Source of the DNA: a virus
Taxonomy: Duplodnaviria > Caudoviricetes
IMG/VR virus record: IMGVR_UViG_3300049273_000019
Coordinates: 1-58,890 of that record
Direction: 5' to 3' (one strand)
Length of the DNA: 58,890 nucleotides
A model generated the notes under the pieces. The model saw only the letters and a list, made by a program, of their open reading frames with translations, did no database searches and was not told where the DNA came from. Shown piece by piece: positions 26,754-34,296 of the stretch. The first letter of the stretch is position 1, and each line of letters starts with the position of its first letter. A program made the position numbers and the translations under genes.

Positions 26754-27086
26754 ATGGCTGACCCATTGGAGCGGGTCACCAAGCCGACGCTCGACGTGTT
26801 GGAGGCTCTCCTAGAAGCCCCGGACCACACGCTGCACGGCTGGGTGATCGTGAAGACAACCGGGCGATCCGGGCCGACGGTCTACAAGATCCTGGAACGG
26901 CTCGCCGCAGCGGGATGGCTTGACCGGTGGTGGGAGGAACCCGGACCGGATGAGAACCGTCCACGGCGGCGGTACTTCCACCTCACCCCGAACGGGGCAG
27001 TGCGAGCTCAGGCTCTTGTCGCTGAACGCCGCCCACAGGCTGCGGCGAAGCTGCGGCTCGCCTTCGGCTGTGGCGGTGCGAGGTGA
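26754..27086 (+). CDS. PadR-family transcriptional regulator (likely leaderless)
   Basis: HGW.I...TG..GPTVYKILERL..AGWL...WEE, RPRRRYFHLT; TATCGT -10 six nt before ATG. Confidence 0.9.
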   Translation: MADPLERVTKPTLDVLEALLEAPDHTLHGWVIVKTTGRSGPTVYKILERLAAAGWLDRWWEEPGPDENRPRRRYFHLTPNGAVRAQALVAERRPQAAAKLRLAFGCGGAR

Positions 27087-27556
27087 GCGGCACGACATGG
27101 GCGTTCAGCGTCATAGCACTGATAGTGGCCCCCATCGCGGTGAATCTGCTCTCAAGCGAGATATCCGACTGGAGTGCAGCACTTGCCCCGAAGATCGCTC
27201 GGTTGGCAGCACGATGGTCCACCGATGATCCGGACCTTGCCGCGACACGCGCTGACGAGTGGGCGGAACTTGTGTACTCCTGCCCTGGCAAGGTGACGAA
27301 ATTCGCCTATGCCGTCAGCTTTCTTCCGTGGGGGGCCGGCGGCCAACTTTCCAGGCTGACGAAGCGCGTGATTGCGTACCGAGGTCGCCTAGGCGCTCGA
27401 ACCAAGAAACCAGAAATGGACAAAAAAGCACCTTTGGGTAGGGACGAAATCACAGTTGTCAAACGCGTCACCGTGATGAATAAGTACGAAGCGCCGTCTT
27501 CCGACCTCCCGCTGATCCCTCACCGGAAGTTCAACGAAAATCTCACCCAGCGGTGA
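27083..27556 (+). CDS. Membrane protein coupled to PadR
   Basis: GTGA overlap; N-terminal TM; RADEWAEL motif. Confidence 0.65.
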   Translation: MSGTTWAFSVIALIVAPIAVNLLSSEISDWSAALAPKIARLAARWSTDDPDLAATRADEWAELVYSCPGKVTKFAYAVSFLPWGAGGQLSRLTKRVIAYRGRLGARTKKPEMDKKAPLGRDEITVVKRVTVMNKYEAPSSDLPLIPHRKFNENLTQR

Positions 27557-28199
27557 GGCGACCGTCGCGGAGGAACCCGTGGTAGTCCTCCGCCTGGATG
27601 CTGCCAGCCCCCGCGCCGCACGTGTCCCCGTCCTTGTCGACGGTGACCCGGCCGGTGCGAGGGTCACCGTGGCGGACCCAGCACCGGTGGCTGTTGTCGT
27701 CCGGGTGGGTGCAGTTGCTCGCGCGGCCGTCGACAAACCAGTCCCGGCCGTTGGGCAGGCGGACCATGAGAGCGATGCCCTCCGGGCCGCGCCACGCGTC
27801 GCGCATCCACCAGGCATCCCACATGGCCCCAGGCGGCGCCGGATCCGGCCCACCTACGTCACTGGCCTGCCGTTCGCGCAGTATCACGAGGTCGCCGGTG
27901 TCGGCACGGCGGTAGATCAGTTCCTGCCAGTCCTGCCAGGGGCAGTCGGAAGGGAACTGGTAGCCGCAGCGGCAGGTGGTCGGCCAGCGGGGGTCGTCGC
28001 GGGGGGTGAACAGGCGGGCGGCGAGCACTCGTCCGGTGCCGTTGCCGGTGAAGACGGCCGGCTCAACACCGGTGTAGACGAGAGCGGAGTGGTAGCCGGT
28101 GTCGCAGGTCCAGCCGTCGCCTGTGCGTGCGTACCGACGCAACCCGGCGGCGATGTCGCTCGTCTCTTCGAGCCAGAACGTGCGAGTTTCCGGGTACAT
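27543..28199 (-). CDS. Hypothetical protein with DUF6527-like C-terminus
   Basis: PGAMW, W.VDGRASNC, SI...YHGFLRDGRL. Confidence 0.65.
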   Translation of the reverse strand: MYPETRTFWLEETSDIAAGLRRYARTGDGWTCDTGYHSALVYTGVEPAVFTGNGTGRVLAARLFTPRDDPRWPTTCRCGYQFPSDCPWQDWQELIYRRADTGDLVILRERQASDVGGPDPAPPGAMWDAWWMRDAWRGPEGIALMVRLPNGRDWFVDGRASNCTHPDDNSHRCWVRHGDPRTGRVTVDKDGDTCGAGAGSIQAEDYHGFLRDGRLTAG

Positions 28200-28498
28200 C
28201 AGCAGTCCGTGCGTGGTGCCGCAAGGGTGGGCAGGTCGATGACTGGTGTTCCGGGGACCGGTTTCCACTGGCCCGGTCCCTCGCCGGGCGGTACGTCGTA
28301 CTCGACGAAGAATCCCCGGTCGCTGGGGGTGAACACGAACAGGTGAACGTGGTCCGGGCTGGACAAGGCTGGTACCTGGCCGGATTCCACGCCGCGCGGG
28401 TCGAGCGAATCGACGGTGGCGATCACCACCGCGGCCCGTGGGGCGTGTAGGCCGCGTTTGCCGCGGTAGTGGACCAGTTGTGCGAGGCAGGGTTCCAC
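28199..28498 (-). CDS. Conserved phage hypothetical protein
   Basis: VHY, RAAVV, VHLFVFTP; GGAG RBS before GTG 28498. Confidence 0.65.
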   Translation of the reverse strand: MEPCLAQLVHYRGKRGLHAPRAAVVIATVDSLDPRGVESGQVPALSSPDHVHLFVFTPSDRGFFVEYDVPPGEGPGQWKPVPGTPVIDLPTLAAPRTDC

Positions 28499-28633
28499 CC
28501 GGTGCTCCTCCGGACTGTGGGTTGCGGAGTGGTCGGGTCCGTGCCCGTGGTACACGGACCCGGCCGATGCCCAGGAATCGGCAGGTGGCCCCGGGCAGGC
28601 GGGCGACTCGTCCACGGCAGCCGCAAATGGGTA

Positions 28634-28709
28634 GGTGGCGGGGGCAGGATTTGAACCTGCGACCTCTGGGTTATGAGCCCAGCGAGCTAACCGGCTGCTC
28701 TACCCCGCT
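28634..28709 (-). tRNA. tRNA-Met(CAT), initiator type
   Basis: AGCGGGGTAGAGCAGCCGGTTAGCTCGCTGGGCTCATAACCCAGAGGTCGCAGGTTCAAATCCTGCCCCCGCCACC; three G-C pairs in anticodon stem; unpaired A1/C72; ends CC without terminal A. Confidence 0.95.
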
Positions 28710-28922
28710 GCGGCGCCAGGGAGGTCCCACCCGCATCCTGCCCTGGGGGGGTTAGCGAATGCGGGTGGGACCGGTGCGGCATCCCCGGTTGCGCGGCCCG
28801 ATGGTGCAATGCACGTTGGTGGCGATCCCTCCAGGGGTGATGAGCGACGATGCCGGTCGGGAACTCCGGCGCCGGCCTGGCGGGGTGCAATACACCGATC
28901 GTTGACGCCGACCCTTGCACGC

Positions 28923-28946
28923 AGGTTGCTTGCTGTCAAGCAACCT
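28923..28946 (-). promoter_or_regulatory. Palindromic operator containing TTGACA at head of late operon
   Basis: AGGTTGCTTG-CTGT-CAAGCAACCT perfect 10-bp arms; minus-strand TTGACA inside. Confidence 0.55.
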
Positions 28947-29172
28947 CACTGTTGCCCGCAACCAAGTAAAGCCGTTCGGTAAGCGCCGCGACCTCGTGCA
29001 GGTCGTACAGGGTCCGGCGGGCGCCCTGGACGCGGCCGTACCGCGTGAGCTTCCCCCGGGACGCCCACGACCACACCGTGCCAGGGGCGATGGTCCGATC
29101 GTAGATCCGTCGCACATAGCCGATCACCTGGTCGGAGTCGACGAGGATCGGCTCTGGTCCCCCGCTTGCCAT
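28936..29172 (-). CDS. Small HTH DNA-binding protein (candidate late regulator)
   Basis: PGTVWSWASRGKL...TLYDL excisionase/MerR-like HTH; TACCAT -10 just upstream (leaderless). Confidence 0.75.
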   Translation of the reverse strand: MASGGPEPILVDSDQVIGYVRRIYDRTIAPGTVWSWASRGKLTRYGRVQGARRTLYDLHEVAALTERLYLVAGNSEVA

Positions 29173-29198
29173 GACGCGGATGGTAGACCCGCGCGGGG

Positions 29199-29693
29199 TC
29201 AGCCGGCCTTGCGCGGCCGGCCGGGTTTGCGTTCCCACTCAGCGATAAACCTGGCCACGGCCGTGCGCGGGTACAGGGGGCCTCTCACTCCTGATGGCAC
29301 GACCGGCGTCGGGAACCCCGCCATTTCGGCGACCTGACCCGCGCGCTGTTTGGATACGCCGAGCATGTCGCCGATCTGCATGTACCCGACCAGGTCGAAG
29401 CGCTCGCTGTCGGCGAGGTCACGGTCGTGCTCGTCCATCGGCAGTACCCGGACTCCTTGTGGGTCGATCGGCACGCCGAGCGCCTGGGCGGCGACGTCGC
29501 GGGCAATGCGGAGTGCTCGGTCGACGGCGGCGCCGAGGGTGCGCGCTTCGACCTCAAACCGGAGGATCAGCCAACCCCGGCCGGTGTCGTGGCTGACGAT
29601 GGCGCACCCCGGCAGGTTGCGGGTAAGGGCGTCGACCTGGTCGTCATTGAGTTCCTGGGTGTGGGCGAGGTCGACGTCGGCGTGCCATAGCAT
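29199..29693 (-). CDS. HicB-like/HTH regulator, paralog 1
   Basis: C-terminal LVGYMQIGDMLGVSKQRAGQV...GFPTP HTH; ends WERKPGRP. Confidence 0.8.
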   Translation of the reverse strand: MLWHADVDLAHTQELNDDQVDALTRNLPGCAIVSHDTGRGWLILRFEVEARTLGAAVDRALRIARDVAAQALGVPIDPQGVRVLPMDEHDRDLADSERFDLVGYMQIGDMLGVSKQRAGQVAEMAGFPTPVVPSGVRGPLYPRTAVARFIAEWERKPGRPRKAG

Positions 29694-29777
29694 GGTGGTG
29701 TTCCCCTTTCTCTTGTCCGTGTCAAACAGGGTTTGGGGACCGGCCCGGGGGTCGCGCTGGTCGCGGCCCCCGGGTTT

Positions 29778-29953
29778 TCAGTCCGTCTCCCGGTCGGATG
29801 GCAGGAAGACCAGTCCTGCGCCAAGCGAGGCGTGGTTTTGGCGGTCACCGTGATCGACGCGGTGCGGAAGACCCAGACGCCGCGGCGGGCCTGCCTCACC
29901 TGGAACCCTTGGCGGACCGCGTCGGCGACGGGGTGGCCCATCCGGTCGGGCAC
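29778..29953 (-). pseudogene. HicA-like toxin, apparently frameshifted near C-terminus
   Basis: AAGGAGGTG RBS; AVRQGFQVRQARRGVWVFRT..ITV...TP...QDW resembles actinobacterial HicA-like proteins, then the frame runs on; GC hairpin separates it from the HicB-like gene. Confidence 0.45.
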
Positions 29954-29965
29954 TTATTGCACCTC

Positions 29966-30063
29966 CTTTCTCTTGTCCGTGACAAGGGAAAGCCTATCAA
30001 TAACCCTTGTCCTAGACAAGAGTTATTGGTAAACTTGCAGGTGACACGGACAAGAGAAGGGAG
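29966..30063. promoter_or_regulatory. Mirror-symmetric bidirectional promoter/operator 1
   Basis: Palindrome AATAACCCTTGTC-CTA-GACAAGAGTTATT; plus strand TTGTCC-17-TAAACT, minus strand TTGTCT-17-TAGGCT; leader motif 30 bp either side of centre 30013. Confidence 0.8.
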
Positions 30064-30070
30064 TCACCTG

Positions 30071-30316
30071 ATGACCAACACCTCCGCCGAGCCGAAGGGC
30101 CTCTCCCCCGCGTGCGAGAACGAAACGCATCGGGACTGCACCAATGGCCACGTGGAGTGCGCGTGCTGGTGCCACCGCCCGGTCGGGCCGATGACCGCAG
30201 CCAGCATGGCCGAGGTTTTCAACGCGGGGATGGCAGTCGGCCTGGAGCTCACCCTTTCCCGTTTGCGGCGGGTGATCGCCGAACTTGAGGAGCGGTTGGA
30301 CAAGGTCACGAAGTGA
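30071..30316 (+). CDS. Small Cys/His-rich protein (81 aa)
   Basis: ACENETHRDC...CACWCH then coiled coil; preceded by leader motif and RBS. Confidence 0.75.
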   Translation: MTNTSAEPKGLSPACENETHRDCTNGHVECACWCHRPVGPMTAASMAEVFNAGMAVGLELTLSRLRRVIAELEERLDKVTK

Positions 30317-30319
30317 CCT

Positions 30320-30364
30320 GACAAGAGAAAGGGCCGGGTGTCCCGGCTCTTTCTCTTATCTTTT
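30320..30364 (+). terminator. Intrinsic terminator
   Basis: GACAAGAGAAAGGGCCGGG-TGT-CCCGGCTCTTTCTCTTATC followed by TTTT. Confidence 0.6.
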
Positions 30365-30469
30365 GAGTTGGATACGACACGGACAAGAGAAAGCTGAACC
30401 GGCGGAGTTCGGGATGGACCTGACCGCTGCCACACACACGCTTCCTTGACGCGTACGCGTCAACCACAG

Positions 30470-30503
30470 GAAGGCCCCCGCTGTGTGGCTGGCGGGGGCC
30501 TTC
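30470..30503 (-). terminator. Hairpin terminator after regulator paralog 2
   Basis: GAAGGCCCCCGC...GCGGGGGCCTTC. Confidence 0.6.
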
Positions 30504-30519
30504 ATCGTTCAACAGTGAC

Positions 30520-31026
30520 TCAGGCGGTGGTGGTCTTTCGGGGACGACCGGTCGACCGATCCCAGTTCTCGGCGAACTCCGCGACGGCCGTCCTGGAAAA
30601 CTGCGGTCCGTGCCGTCCGCGAGGTGGCACTAGGGGGCGAGGGAAATCGTCCCGCTCGGCGAGTTGGGACACACGCTGCCGACTAACTCCGAGAAGCTTA
30701 CCCATCTCGGTGAAGCCGATCACGTCGAGTACGCCGGTCTCCTCCAGCCCCTGGTCGTGGTCCTCGGCAGTGAGCACACGAACGCCGCACGGCTCCGGTT
30801 GCGGCTCACCGAACGCGGCAGTTGAGGCCGCCTTTGCGGAACGGAGCGCCTTGTCCACCGCGGCGCCGAGGGTGCGGGCTTCGACTTCGAACCGGAGGGT
30901 GAGCCGACTGCGACTCCGGTCGTGCACGGTGACGCCGTACCCGGGCAGACTCTCGGCGAGCCGGCCGGCCTGCTCCTCGGTCGGTGCGCTGTCCCGGTGT
31001 AGCTCCACGCCTGCGTGCCATCGCAT
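30520..31026 (-). CDS. HicB-like/HTH regulator, paralog 2
   Basis: Shares LRFEVEARTLGAAVD.ALR with paralog 1; LGVSRQRVSQL...DFPRP HTH. Confidence 0.8.
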   Translation of the reverse strand: MRWHAGVELHRDSAPTEEQAGRLAESLPGYGVTVHDRSRSRLTLRFEVEARTLGAAVDKALRSAKAASTAAFGEPQPEPCGVRVLTAEDHDQGLEETGVLDVIGFTEMGKLLGVSRQRVSQLAERDDFPRPLVPPRGRHGPQFSRTAVAEFAENWDRSTGRPRKTTTA

Positions 31027-31155
31027 GGAGGCGTCCTTCCTATCCTTGTCCGCGTCGAGCCTTATCGTAGCTAAAGACTTTCTTTGAGCAATACTTTATA
31101 GGACGGGAACACGCGCGGGCCCCGCCCGTTGACCGGGCGGGGCCTGTGCGGAGGC

Positions 31156-31299
31156 CTACAGCGCGCCCACCTCCAGGACATCCGCCTGGAGTTCCGCGAC
31201 ATCCGGCGGGCCGTAGAAGCAGGCCGTGCACGCGCAGTCGTCACCCTCGCAGTTGTCGTGGGTCTCGCGCCAGCACGCGTCGCATAGCTCGTAACCCAT
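31156..31299 (-). CDS. 47-aa Cys-rich acidic protein (not in ORF track)
   Basis: MGYELCDACWRETHDNCEGDDCACTACFYGPPDVAELQADVLEVGAL; own promoter, leader motif, RBS and downstream hairpin. Confidence 0.7.
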   Translation of the reverse strand: MGYELCDACWRETHDNCEGDDCACTACFYGPPDVAELQADVLEVGAL

Positions 31300-31319
31300 C
31301 GCTGATCTCCCCTCTTCTC

Positions 31320-31402
31320 TTGTCCGTGTCTGCGTTAAGCATACCCGAAAACCCTTGCATAAAGCAAGGGTTTTCGGGTAAACTCAGAGGTGACACGGAC
31401 AA
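31320..31402. promoter_or_regulatory. Mirror-symmetric bidirectional promoter/operator 2
   Basis: 17-bp perfect arms TACCCGAAAACCCTTGC-ATAAA-GCAAGGGTTTTCGGGTA; TTGCAT-18-TAAACT (+) and TTGCTT-18-TATGCT (-); GACACGGACAA symmetric on both sides. Confidence 0.85.
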
Positions 31403-31419
31403 CGGGGAAAGGGTTACCA

Positions 31420-32148
31420 ATGACCATCGCGTTCAGCGCCGACACCGTCGAGATCACCAGCTCCAGCCTTGTGGCGGCCCTTGAGCGAGCCTGGAACGCC
31501 ATCCAGACCCGCAACGGCGACGTCCCCGCAGCGTTCTTCACCGTCGGCTCCGGCAGCATCGGAATGCGGGGCGCGCTGGTGCTCGGCCACTTCGCGGCCG
31601 GCCGCTGGACGGTCGGCGACCAAGACGGCGTGCACGAAATCTTCATCGGCGGCGAAGGCCTGCGGCGTGGTGCGGTCGGCCTGCTCGGCACCCTGCTACA
31701 TGAGGCCAGCCACGCCACGGCTCACCAGCGCGGGATCAAGGACACGTCGCGAGGTGGCCGGTACCACAACCGGCGGTTCGCGGCGATCGGCCGCGAGTTG
31801 GGCATCGACGTGGCACAGCACCCGGTGATCGGCTGGTCGCTGACCACCGTCCCCGAAACAACCCAGGAGCTTTACCGCGACGTCCTGGTGGAGCTGGACG
31901 TGGAGTTGACCGCGTACCGCCGGTCGGAGAACGGCGTGGTCGTCACTGGCGGCGGCGGGCAGGGCGACGGTGACCGGGCCAGCGGTGGCACCGCCACACC
32001 GGCCGGGCCGAAGGGCAAGTCGCGCAATGGTGTCGCCGCGACGTGTGGGTGCGGGCGGAAGATCCGGGTGTCGGATTCGACGTACGCGTCCGGCCCGATC
32101 GTCTGTGGGCTGTGTGGCCAGGCATTCAGCTCCGGGGTTGACGCGTAG
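31420..32148 (+). CDS. SprT-like zinc metalloprotease with C-terminal zinc ribbon
   Basis: TLLHEASH, DTSRGGRYHNRRF, CGCGRKIRVS...CGLCG. Confidence 0.85.
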   Translation: MTIAFSADTVEITSSSLVAALERAWNAIQTRNGDVPAAFFTVGSGSIGMRGALVLGHFAAGRWTVGDQDGVHEIFIGGEGLRRGAVGLLGTLLHEASHATAHQRGIKDTSRGGRYHNRRFAAIGRELGIDVAQHPVIGWSLTTVPETTQELYRDVLVELDVELTAYRRSENGVVVTGGGGQGDGDRASGGTATPAGPKGKSRNGVAATCGCGRKIRVSDSTYASGPIVCGLCGQAFSSGVDA

Positions 32149-32243
32149 GTGTCAGCGCGGAAGTCCGCCCCGGCCTGACGGGAAGGTCGGGGCGGCGCTT
32201 TGTGCACGGGAGGAACTGCCGGTCGCGTGGCGTGTGCGCCAGT

Positions 32244-32303
32244 AAAACCCTTGCTTCATGCAAGGGTTTTCGGTACCATGGAACCAGACACGGACAAGGG
32301 AGG
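32244..32303 (+). promoter_or_regulatory. Promoter/operator 3 with leader motif
   Basis: AAAACCCTTGC-TTCAT-GCAAGGGTTTT; TTGCTT-17-TACCAT; GACACGGACAAGGGAGG. Confidence 0.8.
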
Positions 32304-32309
32304 TACACC

Positions 32310-32807
32310 ATGGGACACCACGCACAAGTCCAGCTCATCCGGCATTTCCTGGCCGACATTGACCGGCCGGACCACGAAGGCGAACCCGACTGGGATGCGC
32401 TGATCCAACCGACCAGGCGGCTGTGCGAGTGGGTCCAGGGCATCGCCGCAATACGCCTCGACGGTGAGGAACCCGGGACCGGTGAGCCGTTCATTGTGGA
32501 GAACGACGACGCCTGGTCCACGGTGCGCGGTCTGGTCAACGACGCCAGGGGCCTGGTCGGCGCTTCGGAGTCCGGGCCGGTGACGAAGGTCTACAACCGG
32601 GACGCGATCAGCGACGCTCTGAACCGGGCGGCGGAACAGGTCCTCGATCGCATAGGTAACGGCGAATGGTCCACCGATTTGATCAATCTCCTGGTGAACG
32701 CCAGCCTGCACTACCTCGACAACCCGGGCGATGACCTGGCCGCCGCGATCGATGCGAACTACGACGAGGACGCGAACACTGTGCTCGGCTGGATCGGCGA
32801 GAGCTGA
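32310..32807 (+). CDS. Acidic hypothetical protein (165 aa)
   Basis: GGAGG RBS before ATG 32310; Asp/Glu-rich. Confidence 0.75.
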   Translation: MGHHAQVQLIRHFLADIDRPDHEGEPDWDALIQPTRRLCEWVQGIAAIRLDGEEPGTGEPFIVENDDAWSTVRGLVNDARGLVGASESGPVTKVYNRDAISDALNRAAEQVLDRIGNGEWSTDLINLLVNASLHYLDNPGDDLAAAIDANYDEDANTVLGWIGES

Positions 32808-32809
32808 GG

Positions 32810-33043
32810 GTGGCCGCGATGACCTACGACGACGCCTTGGCCGAACTGGATGCTCTGGGTGCGGCACGCGCTTCCGACCCGGCGATCATGGCAGGGTTCT
32901 GTGACTCGGCTCTGCAAATCGCGGTCGGGGCGGTCTCGCCTCGCCTGGTCTGGGAAGGCGCGCAATCGCGTGGCATGACCGCGCTTGAGCTGGCTGCGCT
33001 GTGCGGTACGGATCCAGGCGCTGTAGCAGACCTGATGTGGTGA
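32810..33043 (+). CDS. Small acidic hypothetical protein
   Basis: Directly follows previous gene. Confidence 0.65.
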   Translation: MAAMTYDDALAELDALGAARASDPAIMAGFCDSALQIAVGAVSPRLVWEGAQSRGMTALELAALCGTDPGAVADLMW

Positions 33044-33173
33044 AGTCGAGGTATCAAGCCCGTCCTCATGGGGGTGCCGATGCTCGGCACCACCCGGCCT
33101 CCGGGCGGCCCACATCGCTGGGGCGCCCGGGACGTGTCCATTCGTCACCCGCAGCCGTAAATGCAGATGGTGG

Positions 33174-34235
33174 CTACTCGGCTGGCTTGACCAGGATGGT
33201 GGCCGCAGGGTCAACGTCATTGGCACAGGCCAAAGTGGGTAAGTCGTGTCCGGCAAGTCCGGCGAGCTCCAGAGCCGCTTGTCCTGACAGGTGCGCGGAG
33301 TGAATCGACTGCCCGTTGGTGATGGCGGCGTAGAACTGGGCCGCATAGGTGATGGCGTCCCCGTCCTCGATCTCGGCGGACATGCCAATCGCGAACGGCA
33401 CAACATCCTTGACGAGCTTCTCAGCCTGGAGTGCTGAGTCGCAGGAGTTGAGAAGCACCAGCAGCGGCGGATCGTCCGTCGCCGCAATCGCTCTCGCAAA
33501 AGCCCGCGCCGAGACGATGACACCTTCATGAGGCTCGTCGCGTTCGTCCTCGAACACGATCAGCTCTTCGGCGCTGTGACCGGAGAAGTGGACCACATGG
33601 GGACGAAACCCCGTAATGCCGTCGAGAAGATCCTCGGTCGTCGCAGCCGACCTCGCGTCGAAGTCGACGAGGTCGCGATGTCGGGCCATCTGCACTGCCT
33701 TCCGGATCCGCTTCTGTTCCCGCCCTACACGAAGGTCGCCCTCAGACGCCGCGCCCAAGAGCAGTACCCGCAGCCGCTCCGCCTTAGGCGGAGGGAGCTC
33801 CCTCAACGCGCGAGTCACAAGATTCTCGGTCACGTTGAGCCTTTCATGGATTGCTGTGTTTTCAGCGGCTGCCCAGCGTGCCGCCTGCTGTTGGTCCCGT
33901 TTACGACGACGCTCCTCGGCGGCAGCCTCAGACTCCTCGGCTTTGCGCAGCTTCTCTCGCAGTGTCTGCTCTTCCCTGGCGTACCGAGAAGCCTTTGTAT
34001 CCCACTGGTTAGCATTATTTCCCGCTGATGCTGCCTCGCGTTCGTAACGTTCCGCCTCGCGGATCTTGCTGTTCACGGTGCCGAGACTCTTCGACTTACC
34101 GGCCGCCGATCGCGCTTGGGACGCCGCAGTTCGTTTCTGGCTTTCCTTCGTTCGGTACTCACGTGCCTTACGTTCGGCGTCCGTGCGTTGCTTGCCCTTG
34201 CGTTCCAAGTCTCTGCGGTACTGGCTTGCGCTCAT
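33174..34235 (-). CDS. CHAT (caspase-like) domain protein with N-terminal coiled coil
   Basis: HVVHFSGH and LLNSCDS catalytic His/Cys motifs; AIGM..EI.DGDA..YA.QFY. Confidence 0.9.
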   Translation of the reverse strand: MSASQYRRDLERKGKQRTDAERKAREYRTKESQKRTAASQARSAAGKSKSLGTVNSKIREAERYEREAASAGNNANQWDTKASRYAREEQTLREKLRKAEESEAAAEERRRKRDQQQAARWAAAENTAIHERLNVTENLVTRALRELPPPKAERLRVLLLGAASEGDLRVGREQKRIRKAVQMARHRDLVDFDARSAATTEDLLDGITGFRPHVVHFSGHSAEELIVFEDERDEPHEGVIVSARAFARAIAATDDPPLLVLLNSCDSALQAEKLVKDVVPFAIGMSAEIEDGDAITYAAQFYAAITNGQSIHSAHLSGQAALELAGLAGHDLPTLACANDVDPAATILVKPAE

Positions 34236-34296
34236 TACTATCCCCCCACTGCGCTTGGCGGTTGTTGACACTACTCAACTTGGACGGACAAAAGGA

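Noticed and set aside
28634-28709. tRNA as the prophage attachment site
   Set aside because: Phage genes continue on both sides and no duplicated 3' tRNA fragment was seen.
31320-31402. Palindromic promoters as Frpo-type single-stranded DNA promoters
   Set aside because: The symmetry centre lies between -35 and -10, so hairpin folding would put the boxes on opposite arms rather than rebuild a promoter.
29703-32303. GACACGGACAAG repeats as a second CRISPR-like array
   Set aside because: Irregular spacing, both orientations, and nearly always directly upstream of an RBS; they fit leader/operator elements.
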